Positions 11,506 to 22,715 of a DNA stretch of 64,000 nt are shown piece after piece. Numbering within the stretch: position 1 is the first letter of the stretch; the number at the start of each line of letters is the position of its first letter. The DNA is from Macrostomum lignano (lineage: Eukaryota), in contig NIVC01000833.1 in the NCBI GenBank assembly GCA_002269645.1, forward strand, positions 46,886 through 110,885, read 5' to 3'. The notes under the pieces were generated by a model. It saw nothing but the letters and a program-made list of their open reading frames with translations. It was not told the DNA's origin and made no database searches. A program made the position numbers and the translations under genes.

Positions 11506-12280
11506 ATTGATCCTCTGTTCAAACCCTGCTCCTCCGTTTGCCCAAACACCCGCGGTCCTACTCTGCACTGACTCAATTTTATGCCAATGGGATTTGAGGC
11601 AGGACGTATAGCAATGGGATAGAGGTGTACAGCGGCCTACAGTACAGTCAGCTACTGCCAGGACTTTTGGTTTCTGTGGGATGTCACGCAGCTAATCCAT
11701 CCAATGCCCAATACACGTAGCTTGTACACATGTATGCGTCATCTGCGTACCATAGCTTGATATTAAAGTACAATTCAATTAGCATCTGTCTCAAAGCAAA
11801 TATTTCAATTTACTCGATAGTTAATTTAGAATATAGACTGGATCTGTGCATATATTTAGAAGATTAATTTTTGTTTGAACTGTTTAGCAAAACTATATAA
11901 ATGCAGCAACTTAAATAGGGGACGGGGGTCTGGTGGTACCGTCAATGGGATCAGCATCAGAAGCTTTGTACCAGGGGCCAATTTTATAACGCCTTGGTAA
12001 AAAATGTATGGTTAAAAATTGCAGATGGCCCACCAGTTATCAACCGATTGAAATCCTATTTTATAAAGCCATGATGAAAACTGAGTCAGCATGGTAATTA
12101 ATCAACCAGTGCGTGAAAGGGTATGAATGGAAAGAACTTTATTTAGTCCCAAATTTGGAAGTTCTCCCATAGACGTCTCGTCAGTCTAATTTGGTCAAGT
12201 GGTACCAACGCCGCTCAGCATACAGCTCTTTCACTCTAAATCTTTGCCTATAATACGATCTTACATTAATCTAAGCAAAG

Positions 12281-12530
12281 ATGTTCTCTAATAAAGAGCA
12301 AAAGCTACTTCTGCTACGGGAGATTCTTCACCGTAAGGAGATCGTCTTTGGAAGCTTCGCCAACTTTGCCGACGGTTCGAGAAGAAAGAACGAAGCCTGG
12401 CAGAAAATTTTAGACGTCCTAAAGGCGAATGGCTTCAAAGAGGACATTCGTCCTCAACACTTGCGCGACGTCTCGTGGAAAAATATAAGAAGCGCGACCC
12501 TTAAAAAGAAAGACAACAGCAAAAGGACAA
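12281..12530 (+). pseudogene. Harbinger Myb/SANT-like DNA-binding protein, 5' fragment
   Basis: FS..EQKLLLL.EI...KEIVFG......RRKNEAWQKI...L.A.G......LRDVSWKNIRS..KKK matches the trihelix Myb-like domain of Harbinger accessory proteins; truncated at the deletion junction. Confidence 0.82.
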
Positions 12531-12751
12531 CGTCAAAATTTGGTGCGTAGGCGTGAGGGCCCCGTTTCGACGAGTGGGATGGAGCAGGACCGGACCGATC
12601 CTGCGCTCTAGGTCCTCGAACGTGGCACGATTGAGGCGGAAGCGCTGGACAAAGTCATTCGCGCCGTCGAAAAATTCGCGGTGAATGAACACTCGAGGAG
12701 CCCGGTTGTGCGCCGATCGTCCTCAACATCCCAAATTTGAATAAAATCCAT
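12528..12751 (-). pseudogene. Harbinger (HARBI1-like) transposase, N-terminal fragment with frameshift
   Basis: ATG at 12751 (MDFIQIWDVEDD), one frameshift, then NRAPRVFIHREFFD..NDFVQRFRLNRATFEDLERRIGPVLLHPTRRNGALTPTHQIL, the typical N-terminal motif of Harbinger transposases; no DDE core present. Confidence 0.82.
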
Positions 12752-13009
12752 GATGATGATGAAGACTTATCCTAGTCACAAGCAGGATTGAAAATCGTAT
12801 GATTTTATCGCTAGTTTTTCATCAATGGTGGGCCGATACAAGTTTTATAAAATCCATTTATCCTATCTTGGCAACAGCGCAAAATGTCTATGGCAGGATG
12901 CCCGCAGTGGACAGATTTTCTATCACTTCTTTATAAAAGTGATAGCACATGATAAAATCAACGGTTCCATCGATTTTTATCTATTATCAAGGCTTTATAA
13001 AATTGGCCC

Positions 13010-13218
13010 CAGAGGCTTTAGCGCCAATGGGCTTTAGCACCAGAGGCTTTAGCACCAGAGGCTTTAGCACCAGAGGCTTTAGCACCAGAGGCTTTAGCAC
13101 CAGAGGCTTTAGCACCAGGGGCTTTAGCACCAGAGGCTTTAGCACCAGAGGCTTTAGCACCAGAGGCTTTAGCACCAGAGGCTTTAGCACCAGAGGCTTT
13201 AGCACCAGAGGCTTTAGC
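13010..13218. repeat. 15-bp minisatellite (TAGCACCAGAGGCTT)n, ~14 copies, right of the Harbinger
   Basis: Direct periodicity; two degenerate units lie left of the element (11952-11974). Confidence 0.93.
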
Positions 13219-13469
13219 AAGCATCAGTTGTGCCAGCACCAGCACCTCTATAAAATCGTAGCTATACTGCATCCAGGCTCTAGCAAAGTTGGCAGCAGTC
13301 TCTACTGTTCTGTATGTGCAGCCATTGCTTGCATTTTGATGGTCTGCTGGCTGGGTGGGGCGAAAGATATTTTATTTTTAGTACATTAACATTACCCAAT
13401 TTATATTGGTTCATCGCCATAACGAACAGAAAACTTTCAAATAACACTTTAGACACTGCGATTGGACAT

Positions 13470-13551
13470 GTCGCGATGGCCGAGTGGTTAAGGCGTTGGA
13501 CTAGAAATCCAATGGGGTTTCCCCGCGCAGGTTCGAATCCTGCTTGCGACG
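13470..13551 (+). tRNA. tRNA-Ser(AGA), 82 nt, long variable arm
   Basis: Acceptor stem GTCGCGA/TTGCGAC plus discriminator G; A-box TGGCCGAGTGG; anticodon arm TTGGA-CTAGAAA-TCCAA; variable arm GGGG-TTT-CCCC; T-loop GGTTCGAATCC. Confidence 0.96.
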
Positions 13552-13555
13552 TTAG

Positions 13556-13562
13556 TTTTTTT
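13556..13562 (+). terminator. RNA polymerase III terminator (T7 run)
   Basis: T7 run 4 nt downstream of the tRNA 3' end. Confidence 0.8.
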
Positions 13563-14039
13563 GCTGTCCATGACTACTAATATTTAATTCGACATAATCC
13601 CTTCTTCTGCGTGAATCCCAAATTATCATTATTTTCAATTCACTAAATTTTTATAGTTAACGTAGTTTTGTTTAGTTGGCATGGTTTAAAAATTGAACGA
13701 AAGTAATGCAAGTATATGCCCTGCTAATCATTCTATCGATACATATCGGATTTCTATATGTCCTGTTTCTAATATTCTAAATTTCGATCCTTGATGCGAG
13801 TTTCCCTGACAATATTCAATTAAATTAAAACCGGAAAATAATTTCATTTAATGAAGATTGAATACTCAACCATTAAGCTTGGTAGTTCACTCTAAAAAAA
13901 CTGCAGAAAGCTTACTGTCGATGGCAGTAGCGTATTAAGTATATACCCAATTTGGTGCAATATTATTTATTATCGTTAAAAAAATGCAAAAATTTCTTAT
14001 AATAGTTGGCTCAAGCAGACCAGCATCAGGGACTTCAGA

Positions 14040-17000
14040 AACAGGCGCGTGGCACCAAAGGGGTTTTGGCACCAGGAACTGTAGCCTCAGGGACTTAAGA
14101 ACCAGGGGCTGAAGCACCAGGGGCTGTAGCACCAGGGGCTTTGGCAAGAGGGATTTTAGCAGCAAAGGCTTTAGCACCAGAGGCTTTTGGCAATAGGGAT
14201 TTTAGCAGCAAAGGCTTTAGCGCCAGGGGCTTTAGCACCAGGGGCTTTAGCACCAGGGGCTTTAGCACCAGGGGCTTTAGCACCAGGGGCTTTAGCACCA
14301 GGGGCTTTAGCACCAGGGGCTTTAGCACCAGGGGCTTTAGCACCAGGGGCTTTAGCACCAGGGGCTTTAGCACCAGGGGCTTTAGCACCAGGGGCTTTAG
14401 CACCAGGGCTTTAGCACCAGGGGCTTTAGCACCAGGGGCTTTCGCACCAGGGGCTTTAGCACCAGGGGCTTTAGCACCAGGGGCTTTAGCACCAGGGGCT
14501 TTAGCACCAGGGGCTTTAGCACCAGGGGCTTTAGCACCAGGGGCTTTAGCACCAGGGGCTTTAGCACCAGGGGCTTTAGCACCAGGGGCTTTAGCACCAG
14601 GGGCTTTAGCACCAGGGGCTTTAGCACCAGGGGCTTTAGCACCAGGGGCTTTAGCACCAGGGGCTTTAGCACCAGGGGCTTTAGCACCAGGGGCTTTAGC
14701 ACCAGGGGCTTTAGCACCAGGGGCGCCAGCACCAGGGGCTTTAGCACCAGGGGCGCCAGCACCAGGGGCGCCAGCACCAGGGGCGCCAGCACCAGGGGCG
14801 CCAGCACCAGGGGCGCCAGCACCAGGGGCGCCAGCACCAGGGGCGCCAGCACCAGGGGCGCCAGCACCAGGGGCGCCAGCACCAGGGGCGCCAGCACCAG
14901 GGGCGCCAGCACCAGGGGCGCCAGCACCAGGGGCGCCAGCACCAGGGGCGCCAGCACCAGGGGCGCCAGCACCAGGGGCGCCAGCACCAGGGGCGCCAGC
15001 ACCAGGGCTTTAGCACCAGGGGCGCCAGCACCAGGGGCGCCAGCACCAGGGGCGCCAGCACCAGGGGCTTTAGCACCAGGGGCGCCAGCACCAGGGGCTT
15101 TAGCACCAGGGGCGCCAGCACCAGGGCTTTAGCACCAGGGGCGCCAGCACCAGGGGCTTTAGCACCAGGGGCGCCAGCACCAGGGGCGCCAGCACCAGGG
15201 GCGCCAGCACCAGGGGCTTTAGCACCAGGGGCGCCAGCACCAGGGGCGCCAGCACCAGGGGCGCCAGCACCAGGGGCTTTAGCACCAGGGGCTTTAGCAC
15301 CAGGGGCTTTAGCACCAGGGCTTTAGCACCAGGGGCTTTAGCACCAGGGGCTTTAGCACCAGGGGCTTTAGCACCAGGGGCTTTAGCACCAGGGCTTTAG
15401 CACCAGGGGCTTTCGCACCAGGGGCTTTAGCACCAGGGGCTTTAGCACCAGGGGCTTTAGCACCAGGGGCTTTAGCACCAGGGGCTTTAGCACCAGGGGC
15501 TTTAGCACCAGGGGCTTTAGCACCAGGGGCTTTAGCACCAGGGGCTTTAGCACCAGGGGCTTTAGCACCAGGGGCTTTAGCACCAGGGGCTTTAGCACCA
15601 GGGGCTTTAGCACCAGGGGCTTTAGCACCAGGGGCTTTAGCACCAGGGGCTTTAGCACCAGGGGCTTTAGCACCAGGGGCTTTAGCACCAGGGGCTTTAG
15701 CACCAGGGGCTTTAGCACCAGGGGCTTTAGCACCAGGGGCTTTAGCACCAGGGGCTTTAGCACCAGGGGCTTTAGCACCAGGGGCTTTAGCACCAGGGGC
15801 TTTAGCACCAGGGGCGCCAGCACCAGGGGCTTTAGCACCAGGGGCGCCAGCACCAGGGGCGCCAGCACCAGGGGCGCCAGCACCAGGGGCGCCAGCACCA
15901 GGGGCGCCAGCACCAGGGGCGCCAGCACCAGGGGCGCCAGCACCAGGGGCGCCAGCACCAGGGGCGCCAGCACCAGGGGCGCCAGCACCAGGGGCGCCAG
16001 CACCAGGGGCGCCAGCACCAGGGGCGCCAGCACCAGGGGCGCCAGCACCAGGGGCGCCAGCACCAGGGGCGCCAGCACCAGGGGCGCCAGCACCAGGGGC
16101 TTTAGCACCAGGGGCGCCAGCACCAGGGGCGCCAGCACCAGGGGCGCCAGCACCAGGGGCTTTAGCACCAGGGGCGCCAGCACCAGGGGCTTTAGCACCA
16201 GGGGCGCCAGCACCAGGGGCTTTAGCACCAGGGGCGCCAGCACCAGGGGCTTTAGCACCAGGGGCGCCAGCACCAGGGGCGCCAGCACCAGGGGCGCCAG
16301 CACCAGGGGCTTTAGCACCAGGGGCGCCAGCACCAGGGGCGCCAGCACCAGGGGCGCCAGCACCAGGGGCTTTAGCACCAGGGGCTTTAGCACCAGGGGC
16401 TTTAGCACCAGGGGCTTTAGCACCAGGGGCTTTAGCACCAGGGGCTTTAGCACCAGGGGCTTTAGCACCAGGGGCTTTAGCACCAGGGGCTTTAGCACCA
16501 GGGGCTTTCGCACCAGGGGCTTTAGCACCAGGGGCTTTAGCACCAGGGGCTTTAGCACCAGGGGCTTTAGCACCAGGGGCTTTAGCACCAGGGGCTTTAG
16601 CACCAGGGGCTTTAGCACCAGGGGCTTTAGCACCAGGGGCTTTAGCACCAGGGGCTTTAGCACCAGGGGCTTTAGCACCAGGGGCTTTAGCACCAGGGGC
16701 TTTAGCACCAGGGGCTTTAGCACCAGGGGCTTTAGCACCAGGGGCTTTAGCACCAGGGGCTTTAGCACCAGGGGCTTTAGCACCAGGGGCTTTAGCACCA
16801 GGGGCGCCAGCACCAGGGGCTTTAGCACCAGGGGCGCCAGCACCAGGGGCGCCAGCACCAGGGGCGCCAGCACCAGGGGCGCCAGCACCAGGGGCGCCAG
16901 CACCAGGGGCGCCAGCACCAGGGGCGCCAGCACCAGGGGCGCCAGCACCAGGGGCGCCAGCACCAGGGGCGCCAGCACCAGGGGCGCCAGCACCAGGGGC

Positions 17001-17050
17001 GCCAGCACCAGGGGCGCCAGCACCAGGGGCGCCAGCACCAGGGGCGCCAA
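14040..17050. repeat. 15-bp minisatellite GCACCAGGGG(CTTTA|CGCCA), ~200 units, with higher-order structure
   Basis: Two main unit variants in alternating blocks; degenerate fade-in at 14040-14220. Confidence 0.97.
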
Positions 17051-17151
17051 AGCTACTTCAAGTAGCGGCAAAGCTACTTCAAGTGGGTCCAATGCTGCCG
17101 ACTCCAACCACAGGCTAACTAACTATATACGAAAAGTACCTCTTTGCAAAG

Positions 17152-17295
17152 CCAATTGCAAGCAAAATTGCGTTCTCAAATCCAATCAGGCCTTGCAGCT
17201 GGGTCTCTGCTCCGCCAATTGCAGTTTATAATGCTAAACACAGCTATCTGTACCCTGCGCTTGCACACTGCACCGCCCATTGGCCCTGGGCCAAT
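17152..17295. promoter_or_regulatory. CCAAT-box cluster (putative promoter)
   Basis: CCAAT at 17152, 17182, 17215 and 17291, ATTGG at 17279; a donor-like GAG|GTGAGT near 17566 downstream. Confidence 0.35.
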
Positions 17296-18220
17296 CACGG
17301 CCATGCCTTGCATATAGATGCAGCTTTGGAGTCTGGGCCTGGGGTATGGGATTTCCTTCTCTCTCTCGCGTCCCTTCCGTGGTCGAGACTTTTCTAGCTA
17401 AATAGGCCACAGAAAAAGATTATAGGGGAAAAAAGGCTTTACAAAGTTTTTCTAGTGGCGTATCGGACGTTCAACAGTTTTTTTACACAGATCAGTTGCT
17501 TATCGCTCAATGGATTTTTTTCATTAACTGTCTATACATCCGACTCTAGGATGACTGACTGACTGAGGTGAGTTTCTCTTGCATATTGCTTGCAGCGTTT
17601 GACAGTGTAGAAGAGCATGACAGGGTAGAGTAGAGAGAGTAGATTGGAGGGTGGAGAGAGTACAGTAGAGGGGGTAGAGTCATCAAATTCTAAACACAGG
17701 TCAATACAGTTATACGGAAATAAGAGAAGTAAGGTGAGGGTAAAGATGGCAGGGCAGAGAAGACAGGGTTAGAGATTTTAATCGATAATTGCTAAATAAG
17801 CGGGTTGCTGATTTCCTGAGCAATTATGATGAGGCGACAAAAATAGTCGACAATGCAATTAGAGGCCACAAGCACCCCTTTAACCTTCGAGGGAGATATT
17901 GGTTAGCCCAGAAAAGTACAGATTGCCGAATATTTCTGGATTAGTATAGGGTCTGGCCTGTTCGCTTGCCGAATTCGATGTACTTTCCAACTTTTTTATC
18001 GGTTTGCGGAGCGCCAATGTTTTCTGCCCCCCCCCCCCGAATTCGCCCCTCTCTCTCTCTCATGCTTTAGGAAGAGAGAGTTTACGCCACGGAGTTGCCA
18101 GGGGGCCCTCATGGAGTTCGCTTCCTGTCTGCGGCCCCTCAAATTGCCCCCTTCTTTAGAGATTTTCTCCCAAAAAAAATTTCTGCTTCAGAGTTGGCGC
18201 CCAGATTTTTAGAGTGGAAA

Positions 18221-18724
18221 ATGGCTTTATTGAACGCTAAACATTTTTATGACTTTAATTTAGCTTTTTGCAGTCCATTTGGGCTTACCCGCATTGAGTT
18301 TAATCCAAGATACGTTTGCCAATGCAACGCAGCTTTTGTCTATGGTAGCAAGGCTGGCACAGCGGCATCTAATTTAGTCCAACAAGCATCAATTTGGTAC
18401 ACAGCTTCATTTGCAACTGCTGTGGTGGAGCAAGATCAGCCCCATGAATTTTGGACTAAGCTGTCGAATGAAGGCCACTGGCTTGTGATCGAAGCACTCG
18501 ACAGAGGTGAACATCCAAAGGACATTGCAAGGTTGCGGAATGCAAAAGTAGAGATGCTTTACAACATTCATCATCGCGTTGAAACTCTGCCGCCAGAGAT
18601 CGCCTGCGAAAAGATGGCAATCGCCAAGGCCTCAGATCCAACTGCTACTCGATTCGTTGACGTTGCAGAAGTGCAGCAGAAGCTGAAGGAACAGTTCCAG
18701 TTGGTTATCAGATTTCGACTATGA
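18221..18724 (+). CDS. Hypothetical protein or TE-derived coding fragment (168 aa from first ATG), possible helix-turn-helix
   Basis: Non-repetitive open frame 18095-18724; segment LVIEALDRGEHPKDIARLRNAKVEMLYNI has HTH-like spacing; no family recognised. Confidence 0.4.
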   Translation: MALLNAKHFYDFNLAFCSPFGLTRIEFNPRYVCQCNAAFVYGSKAGTAASNLVQQASIWYTASFATAVVEQDQPHEFWTKLSNEGHWLVIEALDRGEHPKDIARLRNAKVEMLYNIHHRVETLPPEIACEKMAIAKASDPTATRFVDVAEVQQKLKEQFQLVIRFRL

Positions 18725-18739
18725 GCAGCTAGAGCTCTG

Positions 18740-18958
18740 GGGGGTGTTTCTCGAAACTATGGTAAGTTAGATCGTAAGAAAGAAATTTACGTGTAGCGTA
18801 AGTTTGCTCGTAAGACGCTTTCTCAAAACTCACTTAGACTTTGCGTGGCTTACGCTGTTCGTAAGTCGTATCTGAAACGAAAAGTTGCATTTCTATGGTC
18901 ATAAATCTGCAAATATCTTTACTTAGTCTATCGTAAGTTGCTTTCGAGAAAGACCCCC
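18740..18958. mobile_element. Non-autonomous PIF/Harbinger-type MITE (219 bp)
   Basis: TIRs GGGGGT(G/C)TTTCTCGAAA at both ends, 3-bp TSD CTG (18737-18739 and 18959-18961), no ORF. Confidence 0.8.
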
Positions 18959-19736
18959 CTGGAAAAGCGACTGAAAATTGTTGCTAGAGATGCTGAAATT
19001 CCAGAGCGGTATGCAACAACCTGTAGACGGTTGCGAGGGGGCAAGGATTTGCGGTTTGGACCCCATTAAAAGCCGCTGTGCCAGCCTTGCTACCATAGAC
19101 AACAGCTGCGTTGCATTGGCAAACGTATCTTTTATTAAATTCAATGCGCTTAGGCCCAGTATGACAGCTGTGGGCACCCTGGCAGAATGCCTTCGGCGAT
19201 ACAACCAGCGCATCATTCCGCTGACTGCTGAACACATGGAAGCAGGGCACGATAATCCCCGGCCAATGAATGCGAGGCCGCGCGCGGGATCGAACCCGGG
19301 GCCGCAGCTGCTCTGCTCTCCTGTTTATCAGTGTTTGTAAAAAGTATAAATATTAGTTCTGCAGAGAGAACTACTGTGTAGTATTTGAAGCCAATCGAAC
19401 TACTCGAGACAGGTTATTGATTTCGATACATATCGGTGTAGATAAGACGGATCAAGAACGAATGCCAGTCAGACTCTCCAGGCATTTTCTCTTATCTTCG
19501 ACCTCAACTTGGTCTGTCTGTCCGTCTCAGCCGCTGTGTGAGTATCGAAGTCCACTTAAAATTACATATTTTTAAACTTAGAGGGCCAATGTGCAGACAC
19601 GAGTCCGTAGGATTCATAAATACTGCATAGAAATCAGGAATATTTCCAGCTCCTGTGGCCTTGAAAAATTCCGATGGCGAAAACTGGGACAATCTGTGGG
19701 GCCTGACAAAAATGTGAAAACCTGCTTCAAAGATAG

Positions 19737-20286
<550 letters not shown>

Positions 20287-20946
20287 TGTGCAGAAGTCAG
20301 CCAGCTTTGCCTCCAGTTGCTTGGCCAGCAGCGACCCAATCTTCTCATCGGCCCCAACAGCTCCCTCGCCCGTCCCAACTCAACCTCACTGTCCAGCCTC
20401 TGGCCCCTTCATCACTCGTATACTCGCCGATCTCTCTGCTCAGATTCGAGCATATCTTCGCCTTCTCCCTCCCCATCCGCCCGCCCCTTCAGCTTCCCCA
20501 ATCCCTTGTGTCTCTACTCTCACTCACTCCCGCACACACAAGATACTCCAAGTGCCTCAGGCAGTCATGCACCTCACCTACCTCCTGCCTGCTCCTGTGT
20601 GTGTTGTGTGCTCGGCCCTTCATCCCGCTGCCTGAGTGTTGAGTCGGCAGCTCGCTTCCCTCACAACTGCAGCGTGAGGCGTGGAGACGCATGACGAGAC
20701 AGCATGGCGCTGGAGAGCTCGGGGATCAGAAGCCAGTGGCCTGTGAATACTTTATACAAACTTTGAGCTCGTGCTGATGAGAATTTCTCCGACTCCACCC
20801 CCCTTCTCGGCCGCCATTCTTTTGCTCACGGCGCGGCGCCGGGGTCTCAAATTTTTCCGCTGACCGCCGCTGCACCAGATGGGATTTGAGCTGATTGGAT
20901 TTGGCCCTGATTGACAGAGAGATCCTTCTGGCCGGCTGGGGTTTGA

Positions 20947-21480
<534 letters not shown>

Positions 21481-21954
21481 ATGCCAGTGTATTTAGATTT
21501 TCTAGTATCAGAAATAAAGCATTGTGTCTCGTGACAGTCGTCTGTCGTTGTGTCTTGGCGTCGGGGTGTCTCAGTGTTGCGGTATCTTGTGATCTTAGCG
21601 TCCGTCTGTCTGTTTCCCTCATTAGTCCGGCAAATCCCTCGAACAGATCTTGAGTCCCTGCAGAAGTGATTGGGCAGCCCACACATCTCTGAATCCCGAG
21701 CTGCCGGATTTTCATGCGCTGCCGGCTTTGCCAGTATCGAGTTCGGGACCGATCGAACAGGCAGGAATGGATCAGCAGGGGACTGGGGGATGCGGAAACA
21801 GGGCCTCTCACTGACCATTCGTGCCTAGAGAGTAGAAGTGTAGAATGATAGCTGGACTCTCTCAGTCTTCTCAATATCCGCTTGCGCTGTCGCTCCACCT
21901 TCTAATAGATAAGAATATGACAAACATGTTAATCAAATTGGATTGAATTTAAAC

Positions 21955-22310
21955 GAGAGAGATTTGAGAGTAGAGGGTGAGATTACAGAGTGTTGGATTT
22001 GAGCAAATGAGATTAGAGGGGTGAAATTAGACAGAGTGAGATTAGGGAGGGGTGAGATGAGAGAGAGCTGAGATTAGGGAGGATGAGATTAGATAGAGTG
22101 AGATTTGGCAGGGTATGATTAGAGAGATGTAAGATCAGGGAGGGTGAGATTAGATAGAATTGAGATTAAAGAGAGGTGAGATTAAATAGAGGTGAGATTA
22201 GGGAGGGGTGAGATTTTATAGAGCTCAGAATAAAGAGAGGTGGGATAAGGGAGGCATGAAACTAGAGGTGAGATTAGAGAGAGGTGAGATTAGAGAGCTT
22301 TGAGATTAGA
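21955..22310. repeat. Degenerate GAGATTA(G/R)-containing purine-rich tandem repeat
   Basis: Recurrent GAGATTAG core roughly every 20 nt. Confidence 0.7.
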
Positions 22311-22587
22311 GACGCAGATGAATGGGGGACATAGTGGATAGCGAATATCTGTCTCAGTCGCAACTCTCCCTCTCCTACACTAAATCTCGCTCTCATTCCT
22401 TCAGACGCCTGAGTCAAGGAAATTCCTGGATAACCCGTCCGTCGGCTTGGACCCCCAGAAAATGCAATCAATTTTTTCTGATCCTTTGAACGAAGAAACC
22501 TCGCAGTTAAAAATGCCTCTCAAAAACTAATTAACTTTTCCAGATCTCTTTAATTTGCCGACTTTTTATCGGAGCCCTTGCAACAGC

Positions 22588-22601
22588 GTTGCCATGGAAA
22601 C
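22588..22601. promoter_or_regulatory. RFX X-box-like motif GTTGCCATGGAAAC
   Basis: Near-perfect X-box ~110 nt upstream of an ATG|GTGAGT donor. Confidence 0.5.
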
Positions 22602-22715
22602 GCTTGACGCCGTTTCTCTTCGAGCCGGTTTCAAGCTGCAGAGTTCGACACAGTCTGGAAGATGTTGCTCTTTGAATAACGGCAGGATTTGACAGCTCGC
22701 GGGTTTGGCGTCATG

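Larger units (their letters stand above)
11975..13009. mobile_element. Internally deleted PIF/Harbinger DNA transposon
   Basis: TIRs GGGCCAATTTTATAA(C/A)GCCTTG(G/A)TAA (26 bp, 2 mismatches) at both ends; 3-bp TSD CAG (11972-11974 and 13010-13012); contains Myb/SANT-like and transposase fragments. Confidence 0.9.

Noticed and set aside
12949-17107. Collagen/elastin-like (APGAL)n and (KPLVL)n ORFs up to 574 aa
   Set aside because: A 15-bp unit is open in several frames on both strands; there is no unique N- or C-terminal domain, and the same unit recurs in an intron at 58.2 kb.
20288-20694. 115-125-aa Pro/Ser-rich ORFs between microsatellites
   Set aside because: No ATG-supported start or recognisable domain, and several overlapping frames; may be an exon but cannot be supported.
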